Positions 41,170-54,860 of a stretch of DNA of 64,000 bases are shown here, in pieces; position 1 is the stretch's first letter, and each line of letters starts with the position of its first letter. This stretch comes from the human T2T-CHM13v2.0 reference genome, Homo sapiens. The notes under the pieces were generated by a model, which had not been told where the DNA came from, searched no databases, and worked only from the letters and a program-made list of their open reading frames with translations. The translations under genes were made by a program, and so were the position numbers. Location: assembly GCF_009914755.1 (NCBI RefSeq), contig NC_060932.1, one strand, 5' to 3'.

Positions 41170-41460
41170 GCTCACACCTGTAATCCCAGCACTTTGGGAG
41201 GCTGAGGCAGGCTGATCACTTGAGGTCAAGAGTTTGAGACCAGCCTGGCCAATATGGTGAAACCCTGTCTCTACTAAAAATATAAAAATTAGCCAGGCGT
41301 GGCGGTGCACGCCTGTAATCCCAGCTACTCAGGAGGCTGGGGCAGGAGAATCGCTTGAACCCAGGAAGCAGAGGTTGCAGTGAGCAAAGATTGCGCCACT
41401 ACGCTCCAGCCTGGGTGATAGAGCGAGACCCTGTCTTAAAAAAATAATAATAAAATAAGA
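41170..41460 (+). mobile_element. Alu (S-like), CLU intron 6
   Basis: Alu consensus with an A-rich tail. Confidence 0.88.
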
Positions 41461-41493
41461 AAAATCCTTGAGAGCTGAGGCTTAGTCTAGAAT

Positions 41494-42037
<544 letters not shown>

Positions 42038-42129
42038 TTAAATAACAGTAGGCAGTCCTCTTCAGTGTAGACTATTTAGCTCAGCTTAGAGAATTATTCT
42101 TACCAATAATTCTCTAAGAATCTATCTCA

Positions 42130-42490
42130 GGTCAGGCACAGTGGCTCACACCTGTAATCCCAGAACTTTGGGAGGCCGAGGCGGGCAGATTACTTGACGT
42201 CAGGAGTTCAAGACCAGCCTGGCCAACATAGTGAAATGCTGTCTCTACTAAAAATACAAAAATTAGCTGGGTGTGGTGGTGCACACCTGCACTCCCAGCT
42301 ACTTGGGAGGCTGAGGCAGGAGAATCACTTGAACCCAGGAGGCGGAGGTCGCAGTGAGCCGAGATAGAGCCACTGTACGCCAGCTATAATCAATGACTGA
42401 TAAGACTGGCGCTGGCTGCACTCTCAACTGTAATCAATGACTGTTAAGATTGGCGCCAGACCTGAGCCCAGCCTGGGCAACAGAGTAAAA
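42130..42490 (+). mobile_element. Alu (S-like) carrying an internal non-Alu insertion (~42385-42467)
   Basis: The Alu consensus breaks between GCCACTGTACGCCAGC and CCAGCCTGGGCAACAGAG. Confidence 0.88.
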
Positions 42491-43549
42491 ATCAGCATAA
42501 GAGGTCCAATCTGGGCACAGGCATCTGGACATCTTTTCTCAGACCCTAACATGACTTTCTTGTGGTGAGGTACCATGTAATTGATGCCACTCTATGATAT
42601 TTTTTATAGAAAAAGCCCCAAGGCCTGGTTGTGCACTCATCTACAGCAACTTATACTTCAGCCTGTTAAAGCACAACTGTTTATTTTGCAGTGGCTTCTA
42701 AAATTATAGGAGTGAGGCTAGGAATGTTTAACTAGACCCTGGCGGCCTGCCATGGCAAACTCAAACTAAGCATTAAGTAAGAGCAAAGCCACCAGATCGA
42801 TAAGCTGTTGACAAGGGGAAACAATTAACTCTTTGTGAGTATGAACTGCTGTGTACCAGGAACTAGTCCAAATACTGTCACAGCTGTTATCTCTAAGTGG
42901 AAAGAAGTTAACCCATAACCAGAGCTGGTGAAACGGAGGGGGACAGTTAAAGGGAAATATTCCCTTTGCCTAGGGGACCAACCAACCGACCAAAGGGACT
43001 ATTGCTTGGATGCCCAGGTACTGAGACCCGTGACTTCTGTGGCCAGAGGCTGCGAGGGGCCCCAGGAGAGAACACAGCGCCCTAGGATTGAAGCCCAGCT
43101 CGCCCATGTCGGGGTCAATCTTGGATAAGTTATTAACCTTTCTGTGGCTCAGTTTCCTCAGAGGGTCATTCTGAGGAAATGAGGAAATGTATGTCGAGTG
43201 TTTAGAACAGTGCCTGGCCTCTGGTCAGTTTTGTTAAACAAAACACATACTGTCTGCAATGTCATAATCTGCAGAGGAAAATGAAGATGCCTACTGCGCT
43301 TGGCGCTTGGGAACAGAATCAACGGGGAGTCCCAGGGGGATGACTTTTTTCAACAAGCTTTTTTCAACATGGGGCCGACCAGGTGGAGGGCACTTTTGCA
43401 TCTCTAACGACATCTCACCGACTTCAGGGACAGCCTCGCATCATCATCTCATTCTAAGATGAGGAACCGAAGCTGCATGAGGCTCAGGACCTGCCCCGGG
43501 ACACAGCTCAAAGGCTGCAGAGCTGGAATCCAAACGCTTATCTGTCTGA

Positions 43550-44140
<591 letters not shown>

Positions 44141-44269
44141 TAAATAAGGATAATATCACCCTTGTGATATTGCTGGAGAAAAATCGAGATGACACCCGCT
44201 GAGCCCTCGGCATGGTTCTCAGCATCTAACGAGTTGCTCAAAAGGCCATGAGCTTCCACCCCTTCTCAC

Positions 44270-44681
44270 CTCGTATGAATTCTGTTGGCGGGTGCTGGAA
44301 GGCCGGGCTGTGGAAGTGGATGTCCATGGCCTGCTGAGCCTCGTGTATCATCTCAAGGAAGGGCTGGAACATGGCGTGGAAGTTCAGGGGCTCGTACGGA
44401 GAGAAGGGCATCAAGCTGCGGACGATGCGGGACTTGGGAAAGAAGAAGTGAGGCCTCCGGTGGGGCAGGCTGAAGGGCAGGTAGTGGTAGGTATCCTGGG
44501 GCTCCCGGGTGAAGAACCTGTCCTGGAAGAGCTCGTCTATGATGCTGGACGCGCGGCTGAAGTGGTCCTGCATGACATCCAGCATGTGCGTCTGCTGCCG
44601 GTCGTTCTCCAGCAGGGAGTCGATGCGGTCACCATTCATCCAGAAGTAGAAGGGCGAGCTCTGGTTCAGGAACTCCTCAAG
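44270..44681 (-). CDS. CLU: Clusterin exon 5 (412 nt), containing the RIVR|SLM alpha/beta chain cleavage site
   Basis: [41 protein letters not shown]...[12 protein letters not shown]...PPTEFIR with AG/GT boundaries. Confidence 0.98.
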
Positions 44682-45095
44682 CTGGGACAGCCAGCATGGG
44701 CACAGTTAGGAGAAGCTCACCAAGGCCACGGCCTCCTGGCCTCCCACCCCCTGGTGAGCCAGGCCAGGCCCTGCCCATGGCTGTAACAGTCACACAGCAA
44801 GTGACCAACAGCCCAGCTGGGACCAGCCCCCAGCACCCCATCTGTCAGGTCCATGCTCTTTCCTTTTATCTCCCTCCATGGGGGACAGTTTTGAGACACC
44901 TGGGAGGCCCCAAAAGTCACAAGGCCCAACATTTCAGGTTCATTCACTGTCATCTTTGGCCACCAATGATATCCACCCCCGCTCGGCTAAGGGCCAACTG
45001 ATGTGACTTCAGGGATTGGAGCAATTCACTGAGTCCCAATCAAAAAAGCCCTGCAGCAGAGGACAGGAGCAACACTAATATACTACAAAATCTTA

Positions 45096-45400
<305 letters not shown>

Positions 45401-45699
45401 TTCTTAAATCCTTCCACATAAGTGGACACAGGGCTCTGCCATCCCATGAAGCAGTTTATTATGTCATCCAGCTAAGCACTGCTGCATGAGTTTTCTAAGA
45501 GAAGGCAGATACCTGGCCTACATCCTTTTGATGACTCCACTCTCTCTACTCATGCCAGACATTACCAATGGAGCATGGCACTCTGGGCAAGCCAGCCAAT
45601 GCTAATCAATTGCATCTGGCATGCGGAATGAAGCATATTTCACTAGGCTCCCCTCCTTCCCCACTCAGAGCCTTGGCCACTCATGTGTCCCCTTTTCAC

Positions 45700-45870
45700 C
45701 TGGCGGCCAACCAGGCCTGAGCCACTTCTGCAGACGCGTGCGTAGAACTTCATGCAGGTCTGTTTCAGGCAGGGCTTACACTCTTCCCAGAGGGCCATCA
45801 TGGTCTCATTGCACACTCCTGGGAGCTCCTTCAGCTTTGTCTCTGATTCCCTGGTCTCATTTAGGGCATC
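45700..45870 (-). CDS. CLU: Clusterin exon 4 (171 nt)
   Basis: [57 protein letters not shown] with AG/GT boundaries. Confidence 0.97.
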
Positions 45871-46232
45871 CTACAGGAAGACACAAGGCTGGCTGAGCCA
45901 CACAGAGACCACAGGCTCATGCACTCAAAGAGCTGCTGGGTGCCAGGCCCTCTGCCCCAGGGCAGGCCTTCCCATAGGCTGGCCACCCAGCATGCAAGTG
46001 CCTACCCTTGCTCCAGTTCAAGCTTCCCCTCATTCGCCCACCTGGAATCCCCTTCCCACCTGGCTTAAAGAATCCACTCATCCTTCAAGATCCAACTGTT
46101 CCCTAACTCCTAGAAGCTTCCCAACTCCTGGAACCCATGTGGACACCACCTCTCTCTCTGATCACCTACTCAATGACTACCCTCTCACTGAAGCCTCATT
46201 TCCTATTCTCTGCTTCTGGTGTTTAAATTTCA

Positions 46233-46769
<537 letters not shown>

Positions 46770-48294
46770 TTAAAAATATTTGAAACAGTATTAGCTTATG
46801 GCAAAAAAAAAAAAATCAGAACCAACCCAGATGCTTAAAAGAGACAGATTAAACAAACTATGGTTCATATAAAGGGTAGATGGTACATCATTACAAAGGA
46901 TGTTTATAGTCCATTTTGAATATTATATGTTAAAAATTCATAATTTTAAATATAGCCACTGTCAAAAAAGCATAGAAGAAAATAATAGGAAAAATAGATC
47001 AAATGTTAACAGTGACTTGTCCTTGGGCAAAAGGATTATGGAAAAACTTTTCCTTTTCTACTTTTCTATATTAAAGTCTCTATGAATGAGTGTGTTAGTC
47101 TTCAAAAAAAAAAAAAATAGCCTATCCACACCCCAGAGTTAGGTGAGGTCTCTGTCCTGCTCCATCATCCCCTGTCCCCTGCTGGGCAAGGACAACCCAC
47201 CTCCCACTGAGCCAAGACACAAGCGCCACCCCTGCTACCTACTTCCTTGCCTTCTGGCTCACCTACTCCTCAACTAAGAAGTAGCAGGCTCTTTTCTCCA
47301 AATGTATGTGATGTGCTTTATTATAAAACCAGAATTGTTGAATGTCAAACTCCAGTGATAACCACAAAAATGTGAGAACAAGTCATGCCCCTTCCCCAGG
47401 AGCTATTTGAGGATTCTCATAGAATGGTGAGAACTGATACTAAGGCCAAGAAAGGGCATGAAACTTGAAAAAAAGGTAGAGCCACATCCAGGCCAGCAAT
47501 CCCTGAAGTGGCTCCTATGGAGCTGTGCTCAAAGCGGCCAGGAAAAAAAAAAAAAAACAAAAATGAATTCCCTGGTCAGTTTGGAAAACTCTGGGTTTCA
47601 TGGAGTTACACAGGTTTCTTTACGGCAGAACTTCTCAGAGCCTTTGAAATGCTTTTAACATGCACGATGGATCATGAAGCTTGCAGGTAGCTACATCTTA
47701 GCATCTGAAGTAGGGCGACCGTGAGAGGAGGTTTGTAGGATACTCTTAAGGAGACTTGATTTCTTAAATAAGTTGTTCATTGAATTATAGTGTTTTAGTT
47801 TTGTTGAATCATTAAGCACAGGCTAGACCTGCTATATCCACTACTGGGCTTAAGATGTTTCTTTATGAAGTAGTCCAGAACTCTAGCAAGACGTGGGGTG
47901 CTGTGTGCCTGCCTTAACCCTAACCATATCACCCCTATTAGATAAGCTTCCTGAAGGTTGGACGCCACGCCTGTCTGGGCCCCTGCCGCCACCCCACCCA
48001 GAGCCTGCTTGGAACTAGCACGTGATCAGGGCTTAGAAACATCTATTGAAATGAATCTGGGCATTAGGCCCTGGGCCAGGCTCATAACAAAACCAGATCC
48101 AAGATCTCACTCCCTGATGCTTTCAGAAGCAAATGAACCTTCCCTGCTTCTTAACTGCAGCCTCAGCATCAGCTGACACAGCCTGGGAGGACTGCGGGTC
48201 ACCATGGCAACCCAGCAGGGCACCGCGCAGTGACCCCCTCCCTCCCCTCCAGTGGGATGGTCAAGGCAGGGAGGCGGTAGCGGCTCCTCCTGAC

Positions 48295-48443
48295 CTCTTT
48301 CTTCTTCTTGGCTTCTTCTAGGTTGCTGAGCAGTGTCTTGCGCTCTTCGTTTGTTTTTTCTATGAGAGTCTTTATCTGTTTCACCCCGTTGACAGCATTT
48401 TGAATTTCCTTATTGACGTACTTACTTCCCTGATTGGACATTT
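48295..48443 (-). CDS. CLU: Clusterin exon 3 (149 nt)
   Basis: [50 protein letters not shown] with AG/GT boundaries. Confidence 0.97.
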
Positions 48444-49832
48444 CTGCAAGAGAAGTGCAAGAGGCAGAATGAGGCGAGAGGAAGAGGTGGCCTCAGGACC
48501 CTGGAATGAGCTGGATGGCCAGAAAGGCCCGTTCAGTTCAGGGGCTGTCAAGGCTGGGACCCCCACTCCTGCCAGCAGGCAGCAGCATGGCCCCAGCCTT
48601 GCCCTGGCACAGGCTCCCATCACAGGCTCCTTGCTGACTGCACCCTACTGCTTAGAAATGCAGACCATGGGAGCCGGCACACCCAGAGTTATGCCCAGCC
48701 ACTGCCATGTGCCCCTGGAGAATGAGCTGGGTGCAGAAGAAACTTGGCAAGGAAAAAAAAAAAACCCAGAAGTGTCAGCTTTGCAGCATCAAAATATAAA
48801 ATATTGTTATTTTGGACACAAATCTTTCTAGAGTTCAGTTTAAACAGATATGTGTATTTCTTTGTTCCAATGCAGTGCCAGGCGACAGGAATAAGAAGAT
48901 GAGTAAATGAGTAAGGTATAGCACTGGTGACAAATGCAGCGAAACACTGTGTCACCTAAGTGCTACTTCACTGGTGTTTATCCCATGCCAAGCACTGCGC
49001 CAAACACTTCATGTGCAGTTTACATAATGCTCCAGCCCCCCGCCGTGCCCACTTCGCAGAGGGAGACATGGGAAGTGTGATATGATAAAGGGTCAAAGTG
49101 TTCATCAGGTAGGAGGAGTATGTTCTGGAGGTCTAACATACAGGTGGTGCTTATAGTTAATAACACCATATCATAACTGGAAATTTGCTAAGAAAGTAGA
49201 TTTTAAGTCTTCCCACCGTCCCACCATAAAAAGTGGTCATCATTTCAATGTATGTGCATTTCAAAACATCACGTCATATACCTTAAATATACACAATTTT
49301 TATTTGTTAATTATATCTCAATAAAATGGGGGGTGGGGGGAGTGTCATGAGATCAAGATAGTGGCCCAAAGTCACCCAGCTGAGAAGAGGTGAAACAGAC
49401 TCACACCCATGTCTGATCTGGGTTTTTAACAATGATCCTGCAGAAACCGTCAGCTCACAGGAGGGATAAGCTCTGGGCACTCCAAAGGGGAGAGGGATAA
49501 GAGCTCCGGTGGTCCAGACACAGCTTTGTGGAGGAGGCCTGGGAGCTGGGCTAAGGGGCCTGGGAGGGGAAGAGCTGAATGAAATGCAACAGCCGAAAGT
49601 GCTTGGGAAATGCCTGCAAATGCCGGCAGTCTGATGCACGCAGAGCCTGAACCAGGGGCCTGGGAGCTGAGGCTCAGAGTGGGCCCAGACACAGGCACCC
49701 AGACCCAGTGCACAAGATAAAAACGGTCTGTAACACTGGGGCCTGATAGAGAGGCACTGAGCAGAATTAGCTACCCTGCCCTCTGACCTCATCACCCTGT
49801 GGCCAGAGGAACATCATGCTTGGTCTACTCAC

Positions 49833-49929
49833 CCTGGAGCTCATTGTCTGAGACCGTCTGGTCCCCCAGGACCTGCCCACTCTCCCAGGTCAGCAGCAGC
49901 CCCACAAACAGCAGCAGAGTCTTCATCAT
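49833..49929 (-). CDS. CLU: Clusterin exon 2, coding part with signal peptide (the exon starts at 49958)
   Basis: [32 protein letters not shown]. Acceptor CTGCAG|AGGCG and donor G|GTGAGT. Confidence 0.97.
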
Positions 49930-49958
49930 GCCTCCAATTCTGGAGTCTTTGCACGCCT

Positions 49959-50109
49959 CTGCAGAGAACAGGAGACCATCATGGGAACAGCTAGACAGCC
50001 TGCTGGCGTCCCGCCCACCTGCTGCCTGCAGCAGCTCCCCAGGGCCTCACTGCCCTCAGCTGTCCCCACAGCAGGCACTGCTGCACTTTTATTCCTGAGG
50101 AAATGGGGG
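49959..50109 (-). ncRNA. MIR6843: MIR6843 mirtron-type miRNA at the 3' end of CLU intron 1
   Basis: 49959-49979 on - reads AUGGUCUCCUGUUCUCUGCAG, matching my recollection of miR-6843-3p and ending at the splice acceptor. The precursor 5' end is approximate. Confidence 0.6.
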
Positions 50110-50503
50110 GAAATGACCAGACTTGCCATGGACACCTCGAATGAAAGCGAAGGCAGGAGGTGCAGGGAGGGAGGGACTGCAGGACAGCAATGTTGAGTGG
50201 AAGAAACAAGAACCCTGGCATCGGAGGAACCAGGCTCTTGTCCAAGCCACATCCTCCCCGACAATCAGCGAGGCACACAGGCTTTCTGCATCCTGGCCTC
50301 CTTGTCCAGAGTGGTATCGATCATGTCAGACACTGAAAATACCACCCTTAGGTCATGCATCCGTCCCTCCCCATGCCACCTCCACAGAGGGACTGCATCC
50401 CAGAGACCAGCCACGTCCTCTGCAATGTGCACCTAAACCTTCACCCCAGCAGACGCTCCCCATTCACCACAGCGCTGCAGCCCCCAGGGAGTCTCAGCAC
50501 CAC

Positions 50504-50790
50504 CTGAACTTGACTTTCAAGAGCCGGAGGCAACAGCAGCCAGCCCTTCACACCGAATCCATCTGCATCCCTAGTGGGAGACTTGGGCCGGGCTGCCTGT
50601 GCATTCAGGGGTGGAAGTAGTGGAAGCCAGGAAGGACAATTCCCTTCGGAGAGTAGAGAGGGTTCGCAGTGGCCCGAGGAGCAGGCTTCCCAGAGAAAGT
50701 CCGTTTGGAAGGATGAGTCCTCTTGCTCTGCCAGGCCCTCCACACTGCCCATCCCCTCTAAGCCGACAGCAGGCTGCCCTGCCAGTGTTC
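50504..50790 (-). other. CLU: CLU alternative non-coding first exon (1b-type); 5' end approximate
   Basis: Donor AAGTCAAGTTCAG|GTGGTG, consistent with the recalled CLU variant junction GTTCAG-AGGCGTG. Confidence 0.5.
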
Positions 50791-50958
50791 CTGCCACCAC
50801 TGGGCTGGCTGCCCTGAGCCACGGGGCACAGGCCATAGCCCCGGTCTTACACAATGGACCCTTTCCCAGAAGCTGAGGCTGTTGCATAAAACAGAAACCC
50901 CTCCCCCTGCACTCCACCCCCACCATGCCCCTCCCAAGAACTGCTTATCTGAGCTCAC

Positions 50959-51100
50959 CCATTTGCCATCACAGAACCAACAGGACGATGGGGTTCCCCT
51001 TCCTGAAATGGTTCACATCCAAAGCCCGCTCAGCCCAGCAGGCCCATCTGGACACTCAGTAGCACATTAACAAGGAGTGCCTCTCATGAGAAGTAATCAG
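50959..51100 (-). other. CLU: CLU alternative first exon (1c-type) supplying an in-frame ATG; 5' end approximate
   Basis: GCAAATGG|GTGAGC. Splicing to exon 2 gives [15 protein letters not shown] in frame. Confidence 0.6.
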
Positions 51101-52036
51101 GCGCAAAGAGCCAGGGAGCAGCGTGGGAGAAGAGATGGGGTCAGCGCCTTCCCCAGAGATGGGGTAGGGGGCGGAGACCGGGCTCACCAGGAAGGCTGTG
51201 GTCTCACGGGCTCTGCCCCAGCTGCCCACTGAGCCCTGAAATGCCTCCAGCAGGAACAGAGCCTTTGTCATGCCAGAGAGACAAAGCCAGCCAGAAACAC
51301 CTCTCTGCCAGGGGCCCCTGAAAGCAACAACTTCTGGAAAAACCCATTCAGAACTAGGTTCTGACCAGAAGACAGGGTGCTGGGCCATGAAGAATGGGGC
51401 AGCCAAAGGCAAGATACAGGAAAGGAATTCCAGACTCAGCAGCGGGCACAGAGTCTGCTCCAGGGAGCCTGGGGTCCCTGGTGAACCATCCAGCTCAGAC
51501 CTGGGAAGGAGGTCGTTCTCTCACCCAACCTCTCTACCCTAGCGGTGAGGCTGAAGCCCAGAGAGGGCATGGGACTCCCTAGAGTCCACAGCATGCTCAT
51601 GGTAACCCTGGGATGAGAGCCCAGCCCTCCCGACCCCTAGTCCAGTATTCTTTCCTTGATTCCAAGTCACTTAAATATCTGAGCCTCAGTTTCTTCATCT
51701 GTAAAATGGATCTAATCCAGACCTCAGAGAGGGGAATGTGTTCTGTAAACACGAGGGTCTTATGTAATCATAGTAAATTCTGACTACTTCCAAATTAGAC
51801 TGAGGTCTGAGGCTGGGCATTGGCAGTGTCTAATCAACATGTCTGGAGAGGGGCAGGAAAACCGAGACAAGCACACAGAGGCCACCTGTGGTCCCCCGGA
51901 CTGTGTGGCTCTGCTTTGCTGAAATGATTGACCACTTTTTAAAGTATTTATGAATCACTGCAGGGCTGGTTATAATGTTGGTTCTGAGACTGCTTTTCCA
52001 GCCAGTCTGCAGGTGATATGGATGCTGCTGATCCAA

Positions 52037-52051
52037 GGAATGTTCTAGAAC
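52037..52051. promoter_or_regulatory. Perfect three-unit heat-shock element in CLU intron 1
   Basis: GGAATGTTCTAGAAC fits nGAAnnTTCnnGAAn. Confidence 0.55.
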
Positions 52052-52460
52052 CGTGACTGCACAGCCGACCTCCTTTCCTTTGCTCGGACTCACCTCCCCC
52101 CTCATCTCCTCTGCCTCCTGGGAGCCTGGCTGCCAGCTGCCCTGGGTGGAAGAGCCATGCCAAGGCCAAGGCCCTCGAGTCCCCAGCACTACCACACAGC
52201 CTCATTCTCCCTAAGAAGGCTTAAACCACTTGGCCTTGCTCCTTCTACCAGAAAAGGCCGGTTCTGTGGACAAAGGGGCTGCTCAGGGGAAGAGGAGGAG
52301 GAGAAGATGGCGGGGGGTGGGGGGCAGGGGGGGCGGGGGGAGCAGGCAGACTTTGGGAGCAACTCCCCTCCAGGCACACCCTCCTGGGAACTTTGAACTG
52401 AGCAGCTTCCCAAAACGTTTCCAAGCAGGGCAGGGCTGGAGGCTTAAGAAAATCAATGAC

Positions 52461-52780
52461 CTGGCAGGGCGCATTGATTCACACCTGTCACCCCAGCACT
52501 TTGGGAGGCCAAGACAGGCGGATTACTTGAGATCAGGAGTTCGAGACCAGCCTGGCCAAGGTGGTGAAACCATGTCTCTACTAAAAATACAAAAATTAGC
52601 CGGATGTAGCAGCATGCGCCTGTAGTCCCAGCTACTCAGAGGCTGAGGCATGAGAACTGCTTGAACCCGGATGGCGGAGGTTGCAGTGAGCCGAGATGGC
52701 GCTACTCTACTCCAGCCTGGGCAACAGAGTGAGACTTGGTCTCAGGAAAAAAAAAAAAAAGAGAGAAAAGAAAGAAAGAA
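52461..52780 (+). mobile_element. Alu (S-like), CLU intron 1
   Basis: Alu dimer with TSD AAGAAAATCAATGAC. Confidence 0.9.
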
Positions 52781-54011
52781 AATCAATGACTGTGAACAGG
52801 GAGCCGTGGGGAGGATGGGAAGACAGTGAAGAGGGCACACAGATGGTGAGGGTTTCAATCCCAAAGCCCCGGCTCCTATCTGCTTCTTCAAATGGAGAAA
52901 ACTAAACCAAAAGGAAAATAAGAAAAATAATCACCGGTAATTCATATCACCCAGAGGCAAAGGTTAGCACTGTGGTATATTTCCTTCTGTCTTCCATGCA
53001 GTTTATACAAGATTCTTCACATTCACCATCTTCAAATATTCTTTAAGGGCATACTTTTATGGCTATGTAATACTCCACTTACTCACGGACCTAAGTTTAT
53101 TTTACCATTCTCACAAGATTGGCCATTTCAGTTGTGCCCAATGCTCCACTATTATTATAACTTAACATTTTCATGGGCATCTTTTTTTATATAGTATCTG
53201 TACTTTCCTTTAAATTCCTAACCTCTCCGTTTAAAAAATAATAATAAAAATCATATTTTTTTTAACTAGGTCCAGAAATTCTGGAAGGTCAAGAGGCTTT
53301 GGCTCGAATCCCAATTCTGATACTTATTTGCTGTTTAGTGTTGGCACCAGTCCTAAACCTCTCCAGGCCTCAGATTATCATCTGTAAAATGAGACTGTGG
53401 AATCAGAGGTCTGAGGCCTGGTGGATCTTGTGTGACTTTTCTCTGATGCACCTCAGATGCATTAGGAGGCAGAAAAAGTCGGATTTCGGTGGTTGCAGCA
53501 TATACTGAAATCCGCAGCCTCATACTTACAGGCAACAGTGTCCAGAGAGCTAGAGAATTTAGAAGAAAACTAGATGACTCATGCATGCAAGCCGAAAGCC
53601 ACAACTGAGAGATCCGCATCTTCGCAGAGGATATGCTGCAGGAAGGAGCTCGGTGCAGGCCAGCTCTGTCACCTGCTAGCCTGGGTCTCCCGCAACGCGG
53701 CAGGTCTCCAGGTCTCAGTTTCCCCATCTTTGCGAAAGGATGATCATTATATCTGTTCTATTTACCCCCCCACCACAGAATTGTGGTTGGAGCTCGTGCT
53801 CTCAGGCGGCGGTTGCGCCGGGGCCCCTGGCTCAGCTGCCTGGTGATGGGGCTCCGGCCACCTCCCCTCCCTGGCTTCCTGGGCTCCGTCGAAAGCGCAG
53901 GGGTTGTGACTGCGAGCTGTGTCATCCCTCTCTGCCTGGCTGCCATCCCCTGCCCGCCCATCCGTCCTGGTGTGGCTCTGCTCAAGGGTAGGGAAGACGG
54001 GGACATCTCAC

Positions 54012-54057
54012 CGGTCAGCGGCACCCTGTGCCCGCGCGCTCCTCCTGGCGACGCCGC
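54012..54057 (-). other. CLU: CLU exon 1 (5' UTR); TSS approximate
   Basis: Donor GCTGACCG|GTGAG. The TSS is placed ~25-30 nt downstream of the TATA box. Confidence 0.85.
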
Positions 54058-54080
54058 GTTGTGGGCACTGGGAGGCGCCG

Positions 54081-54088
54081 TATTTATA
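54081..54088 (-). promoter_or_regulatory. CLU: CLU TATA box (TATAAATA)
   Basis: TATTTATA on +, embedded in GC-rich sequence. Confidence 0.9.
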
Positions 54089-54137
54089 GCGCTCTGCTCG
54101 CGCACACACCCCCTTTGGGGCTGGCTGCAAACCTGCA

Positions 54138-54144
54138 TGACTCA
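54138..54144. promoter_or_regulatory. CLU: AP-1 site (TGACTCA)
   Basis: Exact consensus ~50 nt upstream of the TATA box. Confidence 0.85.
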
Positions 54145-54172
54145 CGCCCAAAGAATGCCGCGGAAAGCAAGG

Positions 54173-54186
54173 GGAGCTTTCTGGAA
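54173..54186 (-). promoter_or_regulatory. CLU: Clusterin element (CLE), an HSF-binding HSE-like site
   Basis: TTCCAGAAAGCTCC on -, an imperfect nTTCnnGAAnnCTC. Confidence 0.8.
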
Positions 54187-54725
54187 GCCGGGAGGTGGGG
54201 GCCGGTGCAGCACCGGGCTGGGGGCGCCGGGGGGCGCATCATCACCACGAATAGCTGTGCTGGCTCCAGGAGAGACCCTGAGGTGCGGCCGCTCGGCGCT
54301 TCCAGTAGGGAAGAGCCTGAACTCGCGTGCCCATCTGGGAGCCCCTCTCACGCGGTTAGCCCGGCTGTCTGTCCCAGTCCAAGACACAATCTCACAGTTC
54401 CCTGGCCCTACTGACCTTAACCTTCACATTACACAAGCGCCACTTCTCTTGACCCATTTAAATAGTAAAGAGTCAGACATAATGAGGGTGGGATGGAGAG
54501 GGGCCTTGTGCTGGAGAAGAGAGCACAGGAAGTATTGAAACGCCTACTCCTGGAAACATCACACTGATGGGGGTCCCTGGACTGACCCGCCAGGCCTGGA
54601 GGAAACAGAATTGTGTTTAGGAGTGATCAGAGCAGATATGTGGAGAGCCAGAAGGCCTCTCCGGGGTCCTTGATCCACAGAGCTTAAGCAATCACTGTCC
54701 CCATCTTTTTGGAACCCAACCAAGC

Positions 54726-54860
54726 AGGGTGGGCTTCATGGCTGTGGGACCCTTGCAGATCCACGTTTGGTTTAATGGGCTACTGTGACGGTCTTGAAAT
54801 TCTTCATAGTTTTTGAACCAGTGGACCTGAATTTTTATTTTGCCCTGAGCCTTCCCAGTT
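54726..54860 (+). mobile_element. MER45A-like fragment
   Basis: CAGGGTGGGCTTCATGG...GTCTTGAAATTCTTCATAGTTTTTGAAC. Confidence 0.6.

Larger units (their letters stand above)
53690..54370. promoter_or_regulatory. CLU: CpG island over the CLU promoter and exon 1
   Basis: High GC content and dense CpG around exon 1. Confidence 0.8.

Noticed and set aside
44292-44786. 164-aa + strand ORF
   Set aside because: Antisense shadow of CLU exon 5, explained by GC-rich codon usage.
52781-52793. 13-nt match (AATCAATGACTGT) to the insert in the Alu at 42432
   Set aside because: Too short, with no extension, to call it the donor.
53783-54538. 251-aa + strand ORF over the CLU promoter
   Set aside because: Stop-poor CpG island sequence with a non-ATG start and no recognisable domain.
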